A stretch of DNA of 64,000 bases, from NCBI GenBank assembly GCA_021162615.1, contig JAGGYH010000100.1, positions 6,065-70,064 of the forward strand. The letters run 5' to 3'. Positions 19,401 through 26,775 of the stretch are shown here, one piece after another. Every line of letters begins with the position of its first letter. The stretch's first letter is position 1. This DNA is from Candidatus Aminicenantes bacterium (GTDB taxonomy: Bacteria > Acidobacteriota > Aminicenantia > Aminicenantales > Aminicenantaceae). The notes beneath the pieces are model-generated. The model made no database searches, was not told the DNA's origin, and was given only the letters and a program-made list of their open reading frames with translations. Both the position numbers and the translations under genes were made by a program.

Positions 19401-19658
19401 CTTATCCAGTCAAAGTCAAAAAGCGGTCAGGATCCTTTAAATTTCCCCATCAAGGTCGACAATAAGATAGCGGCTCTCGCTTCATATGTATCAAGCGCTG
19501 ACTTTCGGCCTACGGAACAGTCTTATAGAGTGTTTCAAGAGCTGTCCTCAAAGGCAGACTCCCAGTTGGGGCTTTTGGACCTGTATCTGGAACGGGACCT
19601 GAAGAACTTCAATAAAATGGTGAAAAAGGCGGATATTCCGTTTGTGATCGTAAAGTAA
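16470..19658 (+). CDS. secreted BNR/Asp-box repeat protein, sortilin/VPS10-like (paralog 1)
   Basis: Signal peptide and about 10 SxDxGxTW-type Asp-boxes (TEDGGMNW, SLDGGKTW, SKDGGQTW, STDSGDTW ...). 1062 aa. Confidence 0.8.
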   Translation: MIKRCFMNSLNLKKIFTVAFCLSLVYALPFFLQGNQVAAKDVKRIDQSAYQAMRWRCIGPYRGGRVTAVTGIPSMPYTYYFGSCGGGVWKTEDGGMNWRPVSDGYFKTGSVGAVAVSEWDPNVVYVGMGEAPIRGNVSHGDGMYKSLDGGKTWKHIGLGDTRQISRVRIHPRNPDLVYVAALGHVYGPNMQRGVFRSKDGGQTWEKVLYVSEKAGAIDLILDPFNPRVIYAAFWSAHRTPYSLVSGGPGSGLYKSTDSGDTWKELTHNTGMPKGVLGKIGVAVSGARQDRVWAIVEAEKGGVFLSDNGGETWMKVNSDRNLRQRAWYYSRIYADPQNPNEVYVLNTGLYRSLDGGRTFSYIRTPHGDNHDLWIDPNNPDRMINSNDGGANVTYNGGISWTPQDNQPTAQFYHVAADDQFPYWVYGAQQDNSTVRIASRTTESGIGPKYWHSVGGGESGHVVPKQDNPDIVYAGSYGGLITRWDYKTRETRAINPWPENPMGWGAKDLKYRFQWTAPILVSRFNSNVLYHAAQVLFKSTDEGHSWKVISPDLTTNDKSKQNKSGGPITKDDTSVEYYCTIFALAESVYDPDILWAGSDDGLVHITRDGGKSWKDITPKNMPEWSMISMIETSTFKAGRAFIAVDRHKLDDFSPYIYKTEDFGRTWEKITNGIPDNTFVRVVREDPERKGLLYAGTETGVFISFDDGKNWQSLQLNLPVVPIRDMVVKEDDLIAATHGRAFWILDDLTPLHQLTDDVLEADFFLFTPRSSYRMGGYGYPSSDMGENPPAGSVIYYYFKEKPEEEVTLKFLDSQGNLIKEFKSGEREQDTSGSFSRWGYSGSQTISIEKGMNRFVWDMRYPGAERVPGAVYWGASLRGPVAVPGDYSVRLKVGEDQMIKSWKWKKDPRIEATQRDLQEQFGFLIEIRNKSSKVNRGIKTLRGVKQQIQDFFERYKDYDNIRDIIEAGKDIIKKLDAVENELIQSKSKSGQDPLNFPIKVDNKIAALASYVSSADFRPTEQSYRVFQELSSKADSQLGLLDLYLERDLKNFNKMVKKADIPFVIVK

Positions 19659-19674
19659 GATGAAAATCAGGTGT

Positions 19675-19692
19675 GGCTTGTGAATGAATCGG
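19675..19692 (+). repeat. solo Family-1 right-terminus-like sequence
   Basis: GGCTTGTGAATGAATCGG resembles CGACTTGTGAATAATCCAGG. The preceding AAAATCAGGTGTGGCTTGT also resembles 3038-3056. Confidence 0.35.
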
Positions 19693-19778
19693 AATCAAAT
19701 TTATGCATCAAAAGGCACAATCTTCAAGGCCGCTCAAACCGAGCCCGAATTAAATGAAATAAAAAAGGAACAGAAAAA

Positions 19779-21203
19779 ATGGCGGAATACAAGAAAGCGG
19801 ATGAGAAGGTGATTGAGGATTTGAAAGGAATAGTAGGGGAGAAGAATGTCATTACTGATAAATCCAAGATGATCGATTACAGCCATGATGAGTTTACTCT
19901 TTCTGATATTGCTCATATGCCGGATGCGGTGGTCAAGCCGGCCAGTACTGAACAGGTATCAAAGGTTCTGAAATATGCTGATGAAAGACGGATACCGGTT
20001 ACGCCAAGAGGCGGGGCTACCGGCCTCTGCGGCGGGTGCGTCCCTTGCCTCGGAGGGATTGTTCTGTCTGTAGAGAGAATGAACCGGATCAGGGAAGTGG
20101 ATGTGGATAACCAGATGGCTGTGGTGGAGGCTGGAGTCACTCTGATGGATTTTTATGAATCCATAGAGTCCGCTGGCTTGTTTTTCCCCCCTCATCCTGG
20201 AGATGAAAGCGCTATGATCGGAGGCCTGGTCGCAGCGAATGCAGGAGGGGCCCGGGCCGTGAAATATGGAGTGATAAGGAACTATATAAGAGGGCTTGAA
20301 GTGGTTCTGGCTTCCGGAAAGATAATACGTCCAGGCGGAAAGGTGATGAAAAGCAGCGCAGGATACAGTCTTCTCAACCTGTTTATCGGTTCTGAAGGAA
20401 CGCTGGGTATTGTGACCTCGGCCGTTATACAGCTTATGCCTCCTCCTGAAGCGAGCCGGTCTCTTATTATTCCTTATGATGACCTTGCGTGCGCTATAGA
20501 AACAGTGCCTCTTTTGATCAAAAGGAAAATACTTCCTATGGCCGTGGAGTTTATTCCAAAGGAAGTGATTGTCAGGACTGAAGAGCTCTTGAAAAAGAGA
20601 TGGCCCAGCAAAATGGGGAATACCTATCTTTTAGTTATACTGGATGCTTCAAGCGAGGATGAAATTGATAAACTATCAGAAAAAGTAGCTGAGGTAAGCC
20701 TTGAGAAGGGGGCGTTGGATGTATTTGTGGCGGACAGCCCGGAAAAACAAAAACTGGTTCTTGATATAAGGAGCAAAATATATGAATCGATAAAAGAGGA
20801 TAATGTTGAGACCCTGGATATTGCCGTGCCCAGGGCTGAAATAGCCGATCATGTAAAAAAAGTGATGGATGTCCAGAAAAAATATGGATTGTGGCTTCCG
20901 ACTTACGGGCATGCTGCCGACGGCAATGTGCACACACATATCATGAAGGTCAGATATGACAAAGGAAAGACCGTCCCCCTGCCGGAAAAAGAATGGAAAG
21001 AGAAACTGGAAAAAGTTCGGGAAGAGCTGTTTAAGGACTGCAGGGACAGAGGGGGCACTATTTCAGGGGAACACGGGATTGGTTTAGTGAAAAAAGCATA
21101 TCTTTCCTATGTTGTGGATGAGGAAGAGATTTCCCTTATGAAAGGGATAAAAAAGGTTTTTGATCCCCATTTTATACTCAATCCTGCAAAGATATTTGAT
21201 TGA
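19779..21203 (+). CDS. FAD-linked oxidase (GlcD / D-lactate dehydrogenase family)
   Basis: FAD-binding PCMH-type N-terminus (PRGGATGLCGG) and C-terminal GTISGEHGIGLVK motif. 474 aa. Confidence 0.85.
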   Translation: MAEYKKADEKVIEDLKGIVGEKNVITDKSKMIDYSHDEFTLSDIAHMPDAVVKPASTEQVSKVLKYADERRIPVTPRGGATGLCGGCVPCLGGIVLSVERMNRIREVDVDNQMAVVEAGVTLMDFYESIESAGLFFPPHPGDESAMIGGLVAANAGGARAVKYGVIRNYIRGLEVVLASGKIIRPGGKVMKSSAGYSLLNLFIGSEGTLGIVTSAVIQLMPPPEASRSLIIPYDDLACAIETVPLLIKRKILPMAVEFIPKEVIVRTEELLKKRWPSKMGNTYLLVILDASSEDEIDKLSEKVAEVSLEKGALDVFVADSPEKQKLVLDIRSKIYESIKEDNVETLDIAVPRAEIADHVKKVMDVQKKYGLWLPTYGHAADGNVHTHIMKVRYDKGKTVPLPEKEWKEKLEKVREELFKDCRDRGGTISGEHGIGLVKKAYLSYVVDEEEISLMKGIKKVFDPHFILNPAKIFD

Positions 21204-24200
21204 GGTTTTTTATGGATAGAACCGATGAACCTGGGAGGGAAGAAATGAGAAATCTTCGTATGTATCTGTTATTTTTCCTTGTTTTTTTCATAATAATGGG
21301 CGTTATAAGTGCTCTGTCATTCGGAACAGCCATGGATCCGGTTTCGGTTGATGATGTAGAACTTGATTCAGCTCTTTTTAAAAATCTATCATGGAGAAAC
21401 ATCGGACCGGCCAACATGGTCGGGCGGATCAGTGATGTGGAAGGAGTTCCCGGAGATCCCAATATCGTGTATGTCGGAAGCGCATCCGGTGGTGTGTGGA
21501 AAACAACGAACGGCGGGACCACCTGGACTCCTATATTTGACGGACAGCCTGTGGCCTCTATTGGAGACATAGCGCTTGAGCCCGGAAATCCTGATGTTGT
21601 TTATGTAGGCACAGGAGAGTCAAATGTGCGGAACAGTGTTTCTTTCGGGAATGGGGTCTACAAGTCAACGGACGGCGGCCATACGTGGAATTATCTCGGC
21701 CTTAAGGATACAGAGCATATATCCCGGATTGTGATCAATCCCAATAATACCGATGTTGTGTATGTGGGAGCTCTGGGCCGTGCGTTCGGGCCGAATGCGG
21801 GCAGGGGAGTTTTTGTTTCCAGAGATGGAGGAAAAAGCTGGGAGAAGACACTTTATAAGGATGAATGGCATGGGATATCGGATATGGATATAAATCAGAA
21901 AAACCCCAACATTCTTTTTGCCGGTTTATGGAGGTTTGTGAGAAGGCCCTGGACATTTGAGAGCGGGGATAAGGGAGGCGGAGTGTTCAGGTCTGTGGAT
22001 GGAGGAAGGACCTGGAGCAAGGTCACAGAAGGGCTTCCTGAACTGATAGGGCGTATTGGGATCAAAATAGCGCCCAGCAACCCGGATGTGGTTTATGCCA
22101 TGACAGAGTCTCCGGAAGGGACCTTGTACCGCTCTGACGACGGAGGGAAAAGTTTCCGCCGTGTTTCAGAGGATAAACAGATCGTATCCCGGGGTTTTTA
22201 CTATACAGATCTCAGAGTAGACCCTGTTGATGAAAACCGGGTCTACGCTGTCTCTTCACGGCTTCATGTTTCCATAGACGGAGGGAAAACATTCAGGCGG
22301 ATATCTTCGTCGACTCATGTTGATTTTCATGCTCTCTGGATAGACCCTGAAAATCCTGGCAGGATGTGGCAGGGGCAGGATGGAGGGATAGCTGTTTCTT
22401 ATGACAGAGGCGCGAATTGGGATTATGTCAATAATATCTGCGCCGCACAGTTTTATCAGATATATGCGGATAACAGGGAACCCTTTTATTATGTAGGAGG
22501 AGGACTTCAGGATAATGGAGTCTGGTACGGTCCCAGCAGAAACAAAGAAACATTCGGGATTCTCAAAGCTGATTGGAGGATGATAAGTTTTGGAGATGGA
22601 TTTCATGTCACCTGTCATCCTGATAATCCCGATCTTTTTATTAGCGAGAGACAGGGGGGCGGTATCGTGAGAACAGACATGAACACCAGGGAGCAGCAGG
22701 ATGTAAGCCCTCAGCCCAGACGAGCAGATGGGGCTCCTGTCTCCGAACTTGAATACCGTTTCAATTGGAACACGCCTATCATCCCGTCTCCTCATGATAA
22801 AAAGACGATTTATGTGGGGAGTAATGTTGTTTTCAAATCACTGGATTTTGGTTCTACCTGGGAGGTCATAAGCCCTGATTTGACAACTGATGATCCGGAA
22901 AAACAGAAGGCCGCTGGGGGCCCAGCCTGGCCTGAGAACACAACGGCTGAATATTACTGCACTATTATAAGCCTGGCTGAATCCCCGGTTCAGCCAGGAG
23001 TGATTTGGGCAGGAACTGATGACGGTCAGCTTCATGTGACCATGAATGGAGGCAATGAATGGGAAAATGTGGTGAACAGCATTCCTGACCTGCCTTCCTA
23101 TACTCCGGTTTCACATGTGGAACCCTCTCTTACATCTGCCGGCATGGCTTATGCGACTTTTGACAGGCATATGCTGGATGACTTCAGCCCGTATGTATAC
23201 AGGACCTCTGATTTCGGTAGAACTTGGGTCGACATAACAGGTAATCTTCCTGATAATGCGTATGTATGGGTTGTCAGGGAAGATCCGGTCCGGCCTCAAA
23301 TCATCTATGCAGGAACAGAACTTGGTCTTTTTGTTTCCTTCAGCCGCGGGACATACTGGGTGAAGTTTCATATGAAAAATCTTCCGACTGTGGCTGTTCA
23401 TGATATTTTGCTCCATCCGAGAGATAAGGATTTGATACTGGGCACTCACGGCAGAGGGATCTGGATTTTTGATGATGTTTCGTTCATAAGAGGAATCTAT
23501 AAGGAACTGCTTGAGAAAGAAGCCCACCTTTTCAGGATACGGACAGCTATCCGCTATGCTGAGAAAGCGACCCGTTACGGAATCGGAGACAGAGAATATA
23601 CAGGGGAGAATCCTCCATATGGAGCCCTCCTTACTTATTATTTAAAAGACAGGATTGATGATAGCAAGGATTTAAGAATAGATATTTACGACAAAGATAA
23701 AAAATTAATAAGAAGGATAACAGGCCTTCCCTCAGAAAAGGGGATCAACAGAGCTGTGTGGGATTTGAGAGAAACAGCTCCCCGCCAGAGGATAGAAATA
23801 GAACAAGAGGAGAATTTCTTCTCCAGAGGCCCTAGAGGGCCTCTGGTACTTCCCGGAATTTACACTGTAAGGCTTGTCCTGAAGGGACAAGCTTATAAGG
23901 AAGAATTAACTGTTGAAGCGGACCCTACGGTTGAGGTCAGTCATGATGACCTTGAGCTTCAGCATAAGTATGCTTCTGATCTGTGCTCCATGCAGTCCTG
24001 TGTGAATGATGGGCTCAGGGCTTTTGATACTCTTTTAGAGCAGCTCAAAGAGAGGAAAAATACGATTTTAAAACAAACAAACAAGTTTTCCGAAGAAGTT
24101 ATGGATGCCATTGACAGCCATATTCAAGAGATCATGCAGATCCAGGACCTTCTGACCAAGCCTGAGGGAGCTCCTTTCTGGACTGAAGGGCCCCGGCTTA

Positions 24201-24415
24201 TTGAAAGGTTGAGCGCATTATTCCAGTCTATAGATAGCGTTAACAAAGCGCCGACCAGGGCTCAACAATCCTATTTCAGTGAATTGAAACAGGAATTTGA
24301 AGCTGCGATGATTCAAATCAACGCGTATCTGGGTGAGAGGGCAAAACTGATCAACAGAATTTTTTCAGAAAATAATGTTCCCACCCTGCTTATTCCTTCT
24401 GCCATTGAGTATTAG
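21200..24415 (+). CDS. secreted BNR/Asp-box repeat protein, sortilin/VPS10-like (paralog 2)
   Basis: Same architecture and colinear motifs as 16470-19658 (TTNGGTTW, STDGGHTW, SRDGGKSW ...). Its start overlaps the stop of the oxidase gene. Confidence 0.8.
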   Translation: MRFFMDRTDEPGREEMRNLRMYLLFFLVFFIIMGVISALSFGTAMDPVSVDDVELDSALFKNLSWRNIGPANMVGRISDVEGVPGDPNIVYVGSASGGVWKTTNGGTTWTPIFDGQPVASIGDIALEPGNPDVVYVGTGESNVRNSVSFGNGVYKSTDGGHTWNYLGLKDTEHISRIVINPNNTDVVYVGALGRAFGPNAGRGVFVSRDGGKSWEKTLYKDEWHGISDMDINQKNPNILFAGLWRFVRRPWTFESGDKGGGVFRSVDGGRTWSKVTEGLPELIGRIGIKIAPSNPDVVYAMTESPEGTLYRSDDGGKSFRRVSEDKQIVSRGFYYTDLRVDPVDENRVYAVSSRLHVSIDGGKTFRRISSSTHVDFHALWIDPENPGRMWQGQDGGIAVSYDRGANWDYVNNICAAQFYQIYADNREPFYYVGGGLQDNGVWYGPSRNKETFGILKADWRMISFGDGFHVTCHPDNPDLFISERQGGGIVRTDMNTREQQDVSPQPRRADGAPVSELEYRFNWNTPIIPSPHDKKTIYVGSNVVFKSLDFGSTWEVISPDLTTDDPEKQKAAGGPAWPENTTAEYYCTIISLAESPVQPGVIWAGTDDGQLHVTMNGGNEWENVVNSIPDLPSYTPVSHVEPSLTSAGMAYATFDRHMLDDFSPYVYRTSDFGRTWVDITGNLPDNAYVWVVREDPVRPQIIYAGTELGLFVSFSRGTYWVKFHMKNLPTVAVHDILLHPRDKDLILGTHGRGIWIFDDVSFIRGIYKELLEKEAHLFRIRTAIRYAEKATRYGIGDREYTGENPPYGALLTYYLKDRIDDSKDLRIDIYDKDKKLIRRITGLPSEKGINRAVWDLRETAPRQRIEIEQEENFFSRGPRGPLVLPGIYTVRLVLKGQAYKEELTVEADPTVEVSHDDLELQHKYASDLCSMQSCVNDGLRAFDTLLEQLKERKNTILKQTNKFSEEVMDAIDSHIQEIMQIQDLLTKPEGAPFWTEGPRLIERLSALFQSIDSVNKAPTRAQQSYFSELKQEFEAAMIQINAYLGERAKLINRIFSENNVPTLLIPSAIEY

Positions 24416-24477
24416 CCTGACATATTTACAAACAATAACTGAAACAGCATTCTCGACTTGTGAATAATCCAGGTTAA
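24412..24477 (+). mobile_element. Family-1 element, empty mini copy
   Basis: TTAGCCTGACATATTTACAAA ... CTCGACTTGTGAATAATCCAGGTTAA. The stop TAG 24413-24415 of the upstream gene lies in its left terminus. Confidence 0.65.
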
Positions 24478-24512
24478 TATGTCGTGGCAAAGGACGAATT
24501 AAGGAGGACATT

Positions 24513-25637
24513 ATGAGTGTCAATCGTGCATTTTTTATTATAAGTATCATCATATCCATTTGTTATCTTCCGTTTTACGGTTTCAGTGATATGACTGAAG
24601 AAGATGTTGAAGAGCTGTTTTTTATCCCTTCTCCAACCGGATATGAAAACCTGATGTCGGAAAAGATCATTCAAAAGTTTCCAGATTATGAATCAGTAAG
24701 CAATGACCTTTTAGGCAGTGTTTATTTCTCAAGAGACGGAAACTCTCCTCATATTTCTATAATCTGCGGCATGGATGAATTGGGGTATATCGTGGGAGGT
24801 ATCGATTCACAGGGCACTATTACTCTAGACCGGGTCGTGCAGTCTCCCTATCCGTCTTTTGATTCTTTTTTTCCGGGCCATTCTATGGAGGTATGGACAG
24901 AGAAAGGGCCTGTGAAAGGAGTGCTGGCGGTCCCCTCTCTTCATATCTTTCCCAGAAGGGAAAGAGAAAATTTTGCAGAGTACTTCACTCTTGAAAAAAT
25001 GAGACTTGATGTAGGGGCTTCCGGCAGGGAGCAGGTATTGGAAAAAGGAATCCAGAACTGTGCACCCGTGACACCAGAAAAAAAAATAGGTTATTTGCAG
25101 GATGGAAAAATGGCTGGTTATTTTATAGGGCAAAAGGCATGTGCGGCGCTTCTTGTGAAAATAGCGGAAAAAGTCCTGGCTGAAGAGGATCTTGGAAAGG
25201 TCACTATAGGATGGCTGGCTCAAACAAGAATGGTTTCCAGAGGCTCCAGCCCAAGAGCTTGTGCCGGAGGAGTGAGAGCGGGAAAATATTTGGATTCTTT
25301 TGAGAATATCGTCATCGGTGTTTTCCCCACGGATGGTTTAAGAAATGAGGATATTCATATTGGGAAAGGGCCGGTTTTGATAGGGAAATGGGAAGGAGCA
25401 TCAAAGCTCAAAAAGTTGATCTCGGAGACAGCTGAAAGCCGGAATATCAAGATTCAAACGGCTGGAAAATATGAGACTTTGCTTTTGAATGCGTTTTCAG
25501 GCGGCAAGAAAGATTCTGCAGGACTGTTTATTCCGGCTAAATTTGCTTTTTCTCCATCAGAAGTCATTGATTTCAAAGACGTTAAAGCACTGGAGAAACT
25601 GGTTGTGTCCGTTCTTTCCGAGAGGAGGAAAAGATGA
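24513..25637 (+). CDS. M42 peptidase-like protein, probably catalytically degenerate, with an N-terminal hydrophobic segment
   Basis: Colinear with M42 enzymes, but the HxDExG site reads CGMDELG, the DDRAG site reads IGQKAC and the QEE(I/V)G site reads QTRMVS. Confidence 0.6.
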   Translation: MSVNRAFFIISIIISICYLPFYGFSDMTEEDVEELFFIPSPTGYENLMSEKIIQKFPDYESVSNDLLGSVYFSRDGNSPHISIICGMDELGYIVGGIDSQGTITLDRVVQSPYPSFDSFFPGHSMEVWTEKGPVKGVLAVPSLHIFPRRERENFAEYFTLEKMRLDVGASGREQVLEKGIQNCAPVTPEKKIGYLQDGKMAGYFIGQKACAALLVKIAEKVLAEEDLGKVTIGWLAQTRMVSRGSSPRACAGGVRAGKYLDSFENIVIGVFPTDGLRNEDIHIGKGPVLIGKWEGASKLKKLISETAESRNIKIQTAGKYETLLLNAFSGGKKDSAGLFIPAKFAFSPSEVIDFKDVKALEKLVVSVLSERRKR

Positions 25638-26740
25638 AAAGATTATCTATTTATGCCGTGATATTTTTTATGTTAGGCTCGATGATGTTCAGCCGTTCTG
25701 AACAGCCGGAATCCCAAGCTTGGAGTTTGTTGCAAGAGATGCTTTTGATTCCTGGCGTGTCTGGCCAGGAAAGCCGCGTGGCTGATTTTGTTTTTTCATC
25801 GATTCCAATGACCCTGAATCCAAATAGAGATGAGATGGAAAATGTTTGGTTTACAGCCGGGGAAGGGGAGCCTCATATTCTATTTGTGGCGCACACAGAT
25901 GAGATCGGTCTTATTGTTGAGCAGATTACCCAAGATGGAACACTAAAAGTCGAGGGGCGGGGAGGTTTTTTCCCTAAGATGTACGAAGGCCATTTGGTCG
26001 TGGTCTATACCAAAAAAGGCCCTGTTGACGGAGTCGTGATTCCAAGAAAAGGCTCTTTTTCAATGACTCCGGATGCGTCTTATTTCGATATCCGCGATAT
26101 TGAAATATATCTGGGCGTTTCCACGAAAGAGGAGGCTGAGAATTTAGAGATATCTCCGGGTGACCAGATAACCATAAAAAAAACAATAACCGAACTTTCT
26201 CCTGAGATTATTTGTGCCAGGGGAATCGATGACAGAGCCGGGTGTGCTGTGCTGCTGGATGCTTTAAGGAGAGTCGACTGGGACAAGATTAAAGGCAGAA
26301 GAGTCACATTTGCATGGGATGTTCAGGAAGAGATCGGTTTGTACGGAGCATCAAGGTTGGCGGAAGTACTGGATGCAGACTATGTGTTTCCTGTTGATAC
26401 GTTCGTGTCTTCAGATGCTCCTTTTGATTCAAAAAGATTTGCCCAGCTTCCGCTGGGTCAAGGAGCGGTAATACGCGCTATTGACAGCAGCAGCATCACA
26501 CCCTGGACTTATATTCAGAAAGTCAAAAAAATCGCAAAATCAAATCACATACCTGTTCAGATAGGAAACACCAGAGGAGGAAACGATGGATCTGTGTTTG
26601 TTCCAAAGGGTTCTGTAAACATCCCCCTTTCATGGCCGGGTCTTTATTCCCACTCTTTTATTGAAAAGATCCACAAAAAAGACCTGGAAGCTTTGACCGA
26701 ACTGGTAGTTGCGATTGCAGAGAAGTGGGAAGAGAACTAG
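25634..26740 (+). CDS. M42 family metallo-aminopeptidase (TET/FrvX-like) with an N-terminal signal-like segment
   Basis: AHTDEIGLIV, DDRAGCAVL and QEEIGLYGA metal-ligand motifs are intact. Its start overlaps the upstream stop. Confidence 0.85.
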   Translation: MKRLSIYAVIFFMLGSMMFSRSEQPESQAWSLLQEMLLIPGVSGQESRVADFVFSSIPMTLNPNRDEMENVWFTAGEGEPHILFVAHTDEIGLIVEQITQDGTLKVEGRGGFFPKMYEGHLVVVYTKKGPVDGVVIPRKGSFSMTPDASYFDIRDIEIYLGVSTKEEAENLEISPGDQITIKKTITELSPEIICARGIDDRAGCAVLLDALRRVDWDKIKGRRVTFAWDVQEEIGLYGASRLAEVLDADYVFPVDTFVSSDAPFDSKRFAQLPLGQGAVIRAIDSSSITPWTYIQKVKKIAKSNHIPVQIGNTRGGNDGSVFVPKGSVNIPLSWPGLYSHSFIEKIHKKDLEALTELVVAIAEKWEEN

Positions 26741-26775
26741 CTCTTCACTACTGTCGTTCTTATAAAAAGTTCAGG

